From: Bacteroidales bacterium UBA5762
Lineage (GTDB): Bacteria > Bacteroidota > Bacteroidia > Bacteroidales > TTA-H9
NCBI GenBank assembly: GCA_002418865.1
Contig: DIEY01000100.1
Location: 2,170-66,169 of the forward strand
Length of the DNA: 64,000 nucleotides
Reading direction: 5' to 3'
Shown: in pieces, positions 1 through 9,032 of the stretch
Numbering within the stretch: the first letter of the stretch is position 1
Layout of the letters: every line of letters begins with the position of its first letter
Translations under genes and position numbers: made by a program
The notes under the pieces: model-generated
Told to the model about the DNA's origin: nothing
Seen by the model: only the letters and a program-made list of their open reading frames with translations
Databases searched by the model: none

Positions 1-2
1 TC

Positions 3-659
3 CCACGTTTTTCGGTAACCGATCCTTCAGTTACATTTTCTTTACCTCCGCGACAAGTAGCCAATGGTATTGTGGATGCATTTATTCACACTATGGAACA
101 ATATCTTACCTACCCTGTTAATGCACCCATACAGGACCGCATGTCAGAAAGCATACTGATTACTTTGATGGAAGAAGGTCCAAAAGCCATAGTAAAACCC
201 AATGATTACGACACACGGGCAAATATCATGTGGTCTGCTACCATGGCTTTGAATGGGTTGATTGCCTGCGGTGTTCCTACCGATTGGGCTACTCATGGCA
301 TAGGGCATGAACTCACTGCCTTGCATGGCCTCGACCATGGCCTAACGCTTGCAATCGTTTATCCAGGGGTAATGAAAGTGATGCAAAATGAAAAACGTGA
401 AAAAATTCTTCAATATGCCGAAAGAGTCTTAAAAATTACTCAAGGGACTGAGAATGAAAGAATAGATAAAGCTATTCTAAAGACCGACGAATTTTTCCGC
501 TCTTTAGGCATGAAAACTCGCCTGAGCGAAAATGGTATAGGCCAGGATACAATAGAAACTATTGTGGAACGCTTTACTAAACCCCAAATCGTACGTTTAG
601 GTGAAAACCAAAGCATTACGCCAGAAAAAGTACGTCAAATCTTAATAGAAAGATTATAA
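3..659 (+). CDS. iron-containing (group III) alcohol dehydrogenase, YqhD/BdhA-like; 5' end outside window
   Basis: Frame is open from nt 3 with no stop. Fe-ADH C-terminal metal-binding region is visible (DAFIHTMEQY ... WATHGIGHELTALHGLDHG). Confidence 0.85.
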   Translation, partial: PRFSVTDPSVTFSLPPRQVANGIVDAFIHTMEQYLTYPVNAPIQDRMSESILITLMEEGPKAIVKPNDYDTRANIMWSATMALNGLIACGVPTDWATHGIGHELTALHGLDHGLTLAIVYPGVMKVMQNEKREKILQYAERVLKITQGTENERIDKAILKTDEFFRSLGMKTRLSENGIGQDTIETIVERFTKPQIVRLGENQSITPEKVRQILIERL

Positions 660-670
660 TTCGTCACTTC

Positions 671-2242
671 GTGAAGACATATACATACGATATCTCAAAA
701 TTACTTCTTGGCGTTTGTCTTTTTTTATCATTGTCAACTACAGTTTTTGCTCAAGAAGAAAGCATAACCCCAACTATCCTAAAAAATCATATCGACTTTT
801 TGGCCTCCGATAGATTGCAAGGACGTAAAACACCAAGTCCAGGTCTCGATACTGCCGCAAGTTACATTGCGCATGAATTACAAAATCTTGGAATTAATCC
901 TCTGAATGGCACTTACTTCCATTCCTTAAATCTATGCAGATGTGGCTTAGGCAAACAACAACACTTCGAATTGAGTACACCCTCAGGGAAAGTTGTCATC
1001 CCGCTAAAAACGGGTTATATCCCTTTTCAGACCATTGGTGATACTACCATCGAAGGATCATTGGTCTTCGCAGGTTATGGACTTAGCCTGCCTAATCTGG
1101 GATATGACGATTACAGCAATGTTGATGTGAAAGGTAAAATCGTTGTGGTGTTGAGCCATTTTCCTGGTGAAACTTCTGATGATGACAGAGCAAAACAGAT
1201 CGAAAAATCAGGGAAAACCTCTATCGATGAGAAAATTGCTACAGCTCGAAGCAAAGGCGCTATCGGCCTGATTTTACTTACAAATCCCAAGAATCATCTA
1301 TTGTTGAAACCTCAGGGACATTCATGGGCAGCTCTTTTTAAAAGAGCAAAAGAAGATTCCGATCCGCTGATGTTGAAATCGGACAAGAAATCGTTTACTG
1401 CCATACATGCCGGCGAAGAAACGATGAAAACATTGTTTGGCAGCAAAGAAAACCTCATCAAGATTCAAGAAAAAATCGACGAGAATTTTCAATCTTATTC
1501 TTTCGAACTTCAAGGATTTACGGCATCCATTGAAACAAGTCTTCACAAACGTTTCATAAAAGCCGATAACGTCATTGGAATTCTCGAAGGCAATAATCCA
1601 GAATTAAAATCGCAGTACCTTATCATTGGAGCTCATTACGACCATATTGGAACAATGATATCCGATGGCAAAAATAGTTCTGACACTATATTCAACGGAG
1701 CCGACGATAATGCTTCGGGTACAGCTGCAGTACTGGCTATCGCCAGAGCTTTTTCAAGAGCCGAGAAATTGCCAGAGAGAAGTGTGGTTTTTATATTTTT
1801 TGCTGGTGAAGAATTAGGCTTGCTTGGCTCACGCAGTTTTGTACTCGACCCTCCCCTTCCATTAGACAGTATCATTGCCATGCTCAATTTCGATATGGTA
1901 TGCCGAGGTGGATATGATACGTTGTATATTGGTCCCGAAGCCACAAATTCAGCTTTATATTTGCTGGCTAAAGAAAAAGCCATGTCAGAAGGATTCAGGA
2001 TAGTTCAACAGAATAGGCTTTCGTTTGGCGGGAGCGATCATCAGCCATTTTTGAATAACAATATTCCCGCCTTGCATTTTTTTACGGGACTTCATGCAGA
2101 TTATCATCAGGTGAGCGATAACCCCGACCGCTGCGATTCCGTTAAAGCCTCCAAAGTGGCTCGACTCGGTTGGAAACTTGCATGGGAAATTGCCAATTCA
2201 AATATTAACTTTGCAGACAATTCTGCAGAAATAAAAAACTAA
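671..2242 (+). CDS. M28 family zinc aminopeptidase with PA (protease-associated) domain, secreted
   Basis: Signal peptide (LLLGVCLFLSLSTTVFAQE). M28 motifs GADDNASGTAAVLAIARAF, FAGEELGLLGS and GGSDHQPF. The only in-frame start ahead of the signal peptide is GTG at 671. Confidence 0.85.
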   Translation: MKTYTYDISKLLLGVCLFLSLSTTVFAQEESITPTILKNHIDFLASDRLQGRKTPSPGLDTAASYIAHELQNLGINPLNGTYFHSLNLCRCGLGKQQHFELSTPSGKVVIPLKTGYIPFQTIGDTTIEGSLVFAGYGLSLPNLGYDDYSNVDVKGKIVVVLSHFPGETSDDDRAKQIEKSGKTSIDEKIATARSKGAIGLILLTNPKNHLLLKPQGHSWAALFKRAKEDSDPLMLKSDKKSFTAIHAGEETMKTLFGSKENLIKIQEKIDENFQSYSFELQGFTASIETSLHKRFIKADNVIGILEGNNPELKSQYLIIGAHYDHIGTMISDGKNSSDTIFNGADDNASGTAAVLAIARAFSRAEKLPERSVVFIFFAGEELGLLGSRSFVLDPPLPLDSIIAMLNFDMVCRGGYDTLYIGPEATNSALYLLAKEKAMSEGFRIVQQNRLSFGGSDHQPFLNNNIPALHFFTGLHADYHQVSDNPDRCDSVKASKVARLGWKLAWEIANSNINFADNSAEIKN

Positions 2243-2341
2243 ATACCCTAAATCATTCGAAACTCATCTTATATCAAAATAAACAACATAATTCATCTTT
2301 TAATTTCTTCAATCCATCTTTTCACATAAAACCTAAAATTT

Positions 2342-3172
2342 ATGAAACATCAACATCTTGCGCTATTTCTTTTATTTCTTAGTCCTCTGATGGGCATTGC
2401 TCAAAAAAAATACAATCCAGAGATCAAACTCAACAAAGGAGATACATTGATTTATCTGATTCAAACCAATGTAGATATGACCCAAAGCATGATGGGACAG
2501 GACATAAACATGAATGTCTCTACCCAATCAAAAAATATCATTACTGTAAATGATATCGATAAGAATGATTATTACCATTTGAGCCAGTTAAGCAAAGAAA
2601 TGAAGGTTAATATGAAAATGGATCAGATGGATAGCACCATGTTTATCCCCGATATCAACAATCTTCCTGTTTTAGTAATGAGCAAAAAGGGAAACATCCT
2701 ACACAAAGTGGTTTCGACCAATGAAAAAGGCCAAACCATGGGCAATGATTTTGGCGATGTTACGGCCAGTTCGCCTTTTATTGAATTTCCTGACAGAAAG
2801 ATTTCGGAAAGCGAAAGTTGGGAAACCCTTCAAAATGATACCGTAAACTTTATGGGAGGTGACTTGATTACCAATGCAAAAACAGTATATACCCTTATTG
2901 GAACTGATAATAAAGAGGGAGTAAAATGCTTGAAGGTCAATCATAAAACTACTGCCAACAATGAAGGAACGACTAATATGCAAGGAATGGACTTTGCGAT
3001 AGAAGGAACTACTGTCATGGAGGGAACTACATGGATAGATTCAAAAACGGGCATACCTGTTTTTATAGATGGCACAGCTGAAAGTCAAATGACGCTATTA
3101 CTCAGTGGACAGCAAAACATGACCATCCCTTTAACCTACAAAACCACTTTTACTAAGAAACTCTTAAAATAA
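2342..3172 (+). CDS. secreted hypothetical protein (M/N/T/Q-rich, no recognised domain)
   Basis: 276-aa ORF with N-terminal signal peptide (LALFLLFLSPLMGIAQ), followed by a terminator-like hairpin. Confidence 0.6.
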   Translation: MKHQHLALFLLFLSPLMGIAQKKYNPEIKLNKGDTLIYLIQTNVDMTQSMMGQDINMNVSTQSKNIITVNDIDKNDYYHLSQLSKEMKVNMKMDQMDSTMFIPDINNLPVLVMSKKGNILHKVVSTNEKGQTMGNDFGDVTASSPFIEFPDRKISESESWETLQNDTVNFMGGDLITNAKTVYTLIGTDNKEGVKCLKVNHKTTANNEGTTNMQGMDFAIEGTTVMEGTTWIDSKTGIPVFIDGTAESQMTLLLSGQQNMTIPLTYKTTFTKKLLK

Positions 3173-3195
3173 TCCATTCGCTAATGATTTCCAAT

Positions 3196-3228
3196 AGAGG
3201 CTCTCACTAAACGAGGGACCTCTTTTTT
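3196..3228 (+). terminator. imperfect hairpin plus T-run, probable intrinsic terminator
   Basis: AGAGGCTCTC-N7-GAGGGACCTCT followed by TTTTTT, 24 nt after the stop at 3172. Confidence 0.5.
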
Positions 3229-3380
3229 GTATTTGTTGAACCCAAATTCACTAAAAATATTTAGAAATAAACAATGATTTGGGCCTTCGATATTTTAACG
3301 AATATTATTTATCCTATAATTTCCTAATTTTATCTATTATTTTTATCAATCATTGAAGTATAATCAAATTTTTAAATCCT

Positions 3381-4847
3381 ATGAAGCATATCAATTTTAT
3401 CTTTTTTGCCCTGATATTGATGGCAGGAGCATGTAAAAACGAGCAAGAAACAAACCTTGTAACCCCATCAATGGGAAATTTCGAAGGTAAAAAGCTGGTG
3501 GTTTATCTAACAGCCCAAGCCACGGATGCACGCTTGACTCTTTCACAAACCTCAGTATTTGCTGCTCAGAGACAACCTCTCGAAACGGAATACGTAGTTT
3601 ATGTTAATCCGAACAAAAGTTTTCAGGAGTACTTAGGCGTGGGTGGGGCTATTACCGATGCAGCAGCCGAAACCTTTGCCAAATTAACCCCATCGAATCA
3701 GCAAAAACTATTAGAATGTTACTTCAACAAAGAAAAAGGCATTGGTTATTCCATTATCAGAACCAATATACACAGTTGCGATTTCAGCAGTAATAGTTAT
3801 ACTTACATTGAGGAAGGCGATTCGGCTCTCAAAACCTTCAGCATTGCTCATGATACAGTTTATCGTATTCCACTCATCAAAAAAGCCATGAAAGAAAGTG
3901 GTGAGAAAGCTATTTTGTTTGCCAGCCCTTGGAGTCCTCCTGCATTTATGAAAAGCAATAACAATATGTTGTATGGCGGGAAGCTTTTGCCAAAATATTA
4001 TCAAGCCTGGGCTAACTATTTTGTGAAATTCATCAAGGAATATGAAAAGAAAGGTGTTCCTGTTTGGGGTATAACAGTTCAGAATGAGCCCATGGCTACT
4101 CAAATATGGGAATCATGCATTTATACGGCTGAGGAAGAACGCGATTTCTTGAAGAATTTTCTCGGGCCCACTCTCTCGAATAATGGATTGGGCGACAAAA
4201 AAATTATCGTTTGGGATCATAACCGCGACCTTTTGCCTTATCGAGCCTCGGTCATCTTTAGTGATCCTGAAGCTGCAAAATATGCCTGGGGTATTGGATT
4301 CCACTGGTACGAAGATTGGTCGGGGGGAGCACAAATGTTCGACAATGTAAGAGCCGTTTACGAAGCCTGGCCCGATAAAAATATCCTATTCACCGAAGGA
4401 TGCACCGAAAGTTTCAGACCTGACCATTATGATTACTGGCCTAATGCCGAAGATTATGGCACATCCATGATTCATGATTTCAATAATGGTACTGTAGGTT
4501 GGACTGACTGGAATATCCTTCTCGACGAAGTAGGAGGTCCAAACCATGTAAAAAATTATTGTTTTGCTCCCGTACATGGGAACACCCAAACCGGCGAATT
4601 AATCTTTACCCCTGCCTATTACTATATTGGCCATTTCTCCAAATTTATACAAAGAGGTGCACATCGCATACTGAGTACGCCCAGCCGCAGTGCTTTGCTC
4701 TCCACCTCATTTCTGAATCCCGACGGAAGCATTGCTACTATTGTTATGAACAAATCCGACCAGAATATTCCGTATCTTCTCATTGTCGCCGATGGCTTGG
4801 CTCAATTGAATATTCCGGCTCATGCTATACAAACTATTGTTTATTAA
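3381..4847 (+). CDS. glycoside hydrolase family 30 lipoprotein (glucosylceramidase-like; probable beta-glucosidase/beta-1,6-glucanase)
   Basis: Lipoprotein signal (LILMAGAC). GH30 motifs FASPWSPPAFMK, acid/base ITVQNEP and nucleophile region NILFTEGC. YFVKFIKEY resembles GBA-type GH30. Confidence 0.85.
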   Translation: MKHINFIFFALILMAGACKNEQETNLVTPSMGNFEGKKLVVYLTAQATDARLTLSQTSVFAAQRQPLETEYVVYVNPNKSFQEYLGVGGAITDAAAETFAKLTPSNQQKLLECYFNKEKGIGYSIIRTNIHSCDFSSNSYTYIEEGDSALKTFSIAHDTVYRIPLIKKAMKESGEKAILFASPWSPPAFMKSNNNMLYGGKLLPKYYQAWANYFVKFIKEYEKKGVPVWGITVQNEPMATQIWESCIYTAEEERDFLKNFLGPTLSNNGLGDKKIIVWDHNRDLLPYRASVIFSDPEAAKYAWGIGFHWYEDWSGGAQMFDNVRAVYEAWPDKNILFTEGCTESFRPDHYDYWPNAEDYGTSMIHDFNNGTVGWTDWNILLDEVGGPNHVKNYCFAPVHGNTQTGELIFTPAYYYIGHFSKFIQRGAHRILSTPSRSALLSTSFLNPDGSIATIVMNKSDQNIPYLLIVADGLAQLNIPAHAIQTIVY

Positions 4848-4876
4848 TATATTTTGCAAAAAACATCTTTCCCAAC

Positions 4877-7399
4877 ATGTGTAGATTACGGACTTGTTTA
4901 TTAATGATAACCGCCATAAGTATATTGGCATCTGGGTGTAAAAAACAGCCTCCTTATAAAGATAAGAACCTTGGTGTGGATCAAAGAGTTGAAGATTTGC
5001 TTGAACGAATGACTTTGGATGAAAAAATCGAACAATTAGCCGGCCTTCCCGACTCTTCGGGCATGAAAACGGTTTATAATCGACGTTTAGGCATACCCGA
5101 CTTTAAGATGTGTGATGGACCGGTTGGCGTTAGATGGGACACTTCGACGGCTTTCCCTTCGGGAGTATCACTTGCGGCAACCTTCGATACATCTCTGGCA
5201 AGGCAATATGGCGAAATGATAGCCAAAGAAACTTTGTTCAAGGGAAGAAATTATCTATTGGCTCCTTGCATCAATATTCATCGTTTGCCCACCGGAGGCC
5301 GAAACTTCGAAAGCTATGGCGAAGATCCATTCCTGGCCGGTAAGATTGCTTCGGCATACATCAAAGCTGTACAAAAAGAAGGGGTAATTACTTCGGTAAA
5401 ACATTACGCACTGAACAATCAAGAATGGGAACGCACTCAACTTGACGTAATAGCAGATGAACGAACAATGAGGGAAATATATCTGCCAGCCTTCGAAATG
5501 GCTGTAAAAGAAGGTGGCGCCTATACTGTGATGGCCTCTTATAATAAAATAAATGGCTGGTATGCATCGGAAAACGAACATTTGCTGCAAGATATTCTGA
5601 AAAATGAGTGGGGATTTAAGGGACTGGTAATATCCGACTGGGGAGCAACACATTCTACCAGTAATGCAATTCGCCATGGTTTAGATTTGGAAATGCCTAC
5701 GGGTGAATATCTTAACCGCGATAAAATCATGCACGCCATACAAAAGGGAGAAATCACAAAGGCTGATATCGACAACATGGTAAGAAGAATTCTTTGGGTT
5801 AAATTTCAATCGGGTCTTTTTGATCGCCCCCAGAACCTCTCTTATCCTGATCCTTCCGAGGCATCAGCAGAATTGGCTTATGATGTAGCTGTTCGTTCCA
5901 TCGTTTTACTAAAAAATTCCAATCATATTTTGCCTGTTGACCTTACGAAAATAAAGTCCATAGCGGTAATTGGGCCAAATGCTTCAGTTGCCAGAACTGG
6001 TGGAGGTGGAAGTTCGCATGTCGTGCCTTGGCGTGCTATCGATCCACTAACTCAACTCAAAAATGTTGCAGGTAATCAAGTAGAAATTAACTACGCCCAA
6101 GGAGTAAAACTTAGTGCTAGTCCTTTGCAGGCAATCCCATCCGAGTTTTTAAGAACAAAGGATGGAAAACATGGAATTAATGGAGAATATTTCAAAGGAA
6201 CCCAACTGGAAGGTTCTCCAACATTTCAACGATTAGATAGCAATGTAGACTTTGTTTGGGAAGAGAACGAGCCAGTTCCTTCATTGGGCAAAGACCATTT
6301 TTCGGTACGTTGGACGGGCTATCTCTTAGCTCCCGAAAGCCGAAATTATGTTTTATATACGGCCAGCGACGACGGCATCAGGCTTTATGTAAATAACAAG
6401 TTAATGATAGATAATTGGACCGATCATGGTACAACCATTGACTCGGCTCAGATTTTTCTAAAAGCCGGTGAGAAATATGAAATAAAGCTTGAATTTTTTG
6501 AAAATGCTGGTTCTGCAATATGCCAGTTAGGTTGGGATTACTTTGGTGCTGAAGGCGAAGAAGCAGAAAGGATAGTCGAGGCAGTCAGAGTTGCTAAAGA
6601 GAGTGACATAGCCATTGTTTTCGCTGGTTCGAGCGAATATATCGAAAGTGAAGGATACGACAGAATTGGTGGAATGAAATTGACCTCTGGCCAAGACGAA
6701 CTTATAGAGGCGGTGGTGAAGGCCAATCCTAAGACTATAGTAGTTCTATATGGAGGAACGAGCACAGACATGAGTAAATGGGGAGAAAAAGTTCCAGCTA
6801 TTTTGGATGTATTTTTTCCCGGTCAGGAGGGTTCAAGAGCAATTATCGATATACTGTTGGGTAAGGCCAACCCTTCGGGAAAATTACCTTTCAGTTTCAT
6901 TCAATCTCAACATCAATCTCCTGCTTATAAAGGCTATCAGGATCCTTCTAAGATTGCTCATTATAGCGAAGGCATATATGTGGGTTACAGGTATTATGAG
7001 AAAAATAGAATCCAACCCGCATTTCCTTTCGGATTCGGATTATCCTATACTGAATTCGAATACACTAATATGCAAGTTGAACCACTATCAAAAGATTCTT
7101 GCCTTGTAAGTATAGACATAAAAAATATCGGCCAAATGACAGGAACTGAAATTGTTCAAATTTATGTTGTTCCACCGGATGCCAGTAATAGGCCTTTAAA
7201 GGAGCTCAAAGGATTTGCAGCTGTTACTCTTAGGCCTGGCGAAAACCAAAACGTTAGAATTATACTAAATCCACGTTCTTTCTCCTATTATGACCAAACA
7301 CAAGGAAAGTGGGTCATACAAAGTGGAAAATATACAATCTTGGCTTCCAGTTCCTCAGTCGATACACGTCAACAGGCTTTTTTCGAAATTATGCCCTGA
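4877..7399 (+). CDS. glycoside hydrolase family 3 beta-glucosidase lipoprotein with inserted PA14 domain
   Basis: ATG at 4877 gives the lipoprotein signal MCRLRTCLLMITAISILASGC. GH3 motifs KHYALNNQE and nucleophile GLVISDWGA. PA14-like segment GINGEYFKG...FSVRWTGYL...LYVNNKLMIDNW (about 6170-6540). The upstream part of the 946-aa ORF overlaps the GH30 gene and is rejected. Confidence 0.9.
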   Translation: MCRLRTCLLMITAISILASGCKKQPPYKDKNLGVDQRVEDLLERMTLDEKIEQLAGLPDSSGMKTVYNRRLGIPDFKMCDGPVGVRWDTSTAFPSGVSLAATFDTSLARQYGEMIAKETLFKGRNYLLAPCINIHRLPTGGRNFESYGEDPFLAGKIASAYIKAVQKEGVITSVKHYALNNQEWERTQLDVIADERTMREIYLPAFEMAVKEGGAYTVMASYNKINGWYASENEHLLQDILKNEWGFKGLVISDWGATHSTSNAIRHGLDLEMPTGEYLNRDKIMHAIQKGEITKADIDNMVRRILWVKFQSGLFDRPQNLSYPDPSEASAELAYDVAVRSIVLLKNSNHILPVDLTKIKSIAVIGPNASVARTGGGGSSHVVPWRAIDPLTQLKNVAGNQVEINYAQGVKLSASPLQAIPSEFLRTKDGKHGINGEYFKGTQLEGSPTFQRLDSNVDFVWEENEPVPSLGKDHFSVRWTGYLLAPESRNYVLYTASDDGIRLYVNNKLMIDNWTDHGTTIDSAQIFLKAGEKYEIKLEFFENAGSAICQLGWDYFGAEGEEAERIVEAVRVAKESDIAIVFAGSSEYIESEGYDRIGGMKLTSGQDELIEAVVKANPKTIVVLYGGTSTDMSKWGEKVPAILDVFFPGQEGSRAIIDILLGKANPSGKLPFSFIQSQHQSPAYKGYQDPSKIAHYSEGIYVGYRYYEKNRIQPAFPFGFGLSYTEFEYTNMQVEPLSKDSCLVSIDIKNIGQMTGTEIVQIYVVPPDASNRPLKELKGFAAVTLRPGENQNVRIILNPRSFSYYDQTQGKWVIQSGKYTILASSSSVDTRQQAFFEIMP

Positions 7400-7411
7400 C
7401 TTTGTGGAAAT

Positions 7412-7456
7412 CAAAAAATTATCCAGCTTCTGATGAACAAAAGCTGGATTTTTTTA
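7412..7456. terminator. bidirectional intrinsic terminator between convergent GH3 and GH30 genes
   Basis: AAAAAATT-ATCCAGCTT-N11-AAGCTGGAT-TTTTTTT: a 9-bp perfect stem flanked by an A-run and a T-run. Confidence 0.7.
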
Positions 7457-7489
7457 TATAAAAAGAATTGTGTGAGGATGGTTTTGCAA

Positions 7490-8959
7490 TTACCAGATGA
7501 TAGTTGCTACCGATTTTGGTGCTATAGAATAGCTGAACGATTTTTGATTTTGTTGAACGGTAAAAGTCTTATAGGAATCACCATAATTTGCAACGATTAG
7601 CACTTTAGAAGAATCTTTATTTTGAAAGGCCACTGCATCTATATTCATCAATTGTTGGTCGATGCGCGAAAGAATACGTATTGCCTGGGGGCGAACGAAT
7701 TTGGAGAAATGCGCCAGACTGTAATATTCTTCATTTTTATAAATCTGGCCTTGAGAAGTAATTGTAACAACGCCTCTGCAGTTCGAGCACCCATTGTTTT
7801 TAGGCCCGTGGTTTTCATCCAGAGCCAGATTCCAGAACAAGGCATTTTTTGACCAGTTGTTGGCTGTGCCAATGAGGATATTCTTCATATTCCAAAGCAA
7901 GTTGTCGCTAAAATTAGTAGCCCAGTCACCTCCCGAAATTTCTGTGAAATAGAGGGCCTTGTCGGGATGAGCTTGATGAACGAGGCTCATAGCTGAAACG
8001 TCTCCGGCGTAGGCATGAAAAGCGCTGCCAGTAACATATTTACGAGTTTCCTGATCATTTAGAATATCGATGGGATAATCGGGTCTATCCCAGTTATGGT
8101 CGTAAACAATAATCTTGACGTCTAATCCATTTTGTTGGAATGCAGGCCCCAGATGATCGCGAACAAACTTATTCTGATCGGCAGCCTCCATGAGCATGCA
8201 AGGATAAGAAGCCGTGGCATATAAAGGCTCGTTTTGAGGAGTAATTGCGTCGATTCGTATTCCATTGGCTTGCATGGCCTGTACATATTTTACAAAATAT
8301 TGCGCATAAACAGGATAGCATTCCTGCTTCAATCGTCCTCCCTTAAGGCTTGCGCTGGTTTTCATCCAAGCTGGAGGGCTCCAAGGCGAACCTAATAAAT
8401 AAATATTTGGAACAACTTTTAGAATTTCTTTCAATACAGGCACTACATCAAGGGTATCCTGAGAAAGAGAAAATTTTTCTAATTCAAAATCAGTTTGTCC
8501 TGGTGCAACATCATCATAAGTAAAATCGGAAAGTGAAAAATCGGAAGCTCCTATAGTTAACCTTAAATAAGATAAACCAATACCCGAATCGGGAGTAAAT
8601 AAATCTTCAATTAAACGCTGACGGGCATCAGGCATAAGAATTCTATGAAAAAGATAAGCTGATGAACCAGTTAAAGCTGCACCGTAACCTTCGATTTCTT
8701 GAAATTGATAAGAAGTATCGACTATGATTGTAGGCCACTTAGGGGTAACCGAGCTGAGGATATTTAAATCATTTTGTTTAGAGAACAAAACGGTTTTATC
8801 ACCTTTTGTAAGCCACACTTGTGCTTTTGCATAATGAGTAGTATCTACAGGAGGTTCGGGAGGTGGGTTATCGCTTTTTCCGCAAGCCGAAAAAAGGCTA
8901 AGCAATGAAAGGAATAAGATTGAATAAATCATTGAAGGAAATATGGAAAGGGTTTTCAT
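7490..8959 (-). CDS. glycoside hydrolase family 30 lipoprotein (second paralog; endo-beta-1,6-glucanase-like)
   Basis: ATG at 8959 gives the lipoprotein signal MKTLSIFPSMIYSILFLSLLSLFSAC. Motifs GSPWSPPAWMK, ITPQNEP and ALYFTEISGG. The longer ORF to 9145 overlaps susD and is rejected. Confidence 0.85.
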   Translation of the reverse strand: MKTLSIFPSMIYSILFLSLLSLFSACGKSDNPPPEPPVDTTHYAKAQVWLTKGDKTVLFSKQNDLNILSSVTPKWPTIIVDTSYQFQEIEGYGAALTGSSAYLFHRILMPDARQRLIEDLFTPDSGIGLSYLRLTIGASDFSLSDFTYDDVAPGQTDFELEKFSLSQDTLDVVPVLKEILKVVPNIYLLGSPWSPPAWMKTSASLKGGRLKQECYPVYAQYFVKYVQAMQANGIRIDAITPQNEPLYATASYPCMLMEAADQNKFVRDHLGPAFQQNGLDVKIIVYDHNWDRPDYPIDILNDQETRKYVTGSAFHAYAGDVSAMSLVHQAHPDKALYFTEISGGDWATNFSDNLLWNMKNILIGTANNWSKNALFWNLALDENHGPKNNGCSNCRGVVTITSQGQIYKNEEYYSLAHFSKFVRPQAIRILSRIDQQLMNIDAVAFQNKDSSKVLIVANYGDSYKTFTVQQNQKSFSYSIAPKSVATIIW

Positions 8960-8991
8960 GACAAGAGATAAAAAAACGAGATAAAAATGAT

Positions 8992-9028
8992 AAGGGGCGC
9001 AGGCTTTCAAAGAAAGCCTGCGCCCCTT
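8992..9028 (-). terminator. 17-bp perfect GC-rich hairpin between susD stop and GH30 start (attenuator/terminator or RNA-stabilising 3' structure)
   Basis: AAGGGGCGCAGGCTTTC-AAA-GAAAGCCTGCGCCCCTT. On the - strand it is followed by ATCATTTTTATCTCGTTTTTTT. Confidence 0.6.
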
Positions 9029-9032
9029 AAGA

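Noticed and set aside
4559-4876. N-terminal 106 codons of the 946-aa ORF upstream of the GH3 lipoprotein signal
   Set aside because: It overlaps the 3' end of the GH30 gene in another frame and encodes low-quality sequence. The ATG at 4877 gives a canonical lipoprotein signal peptide.
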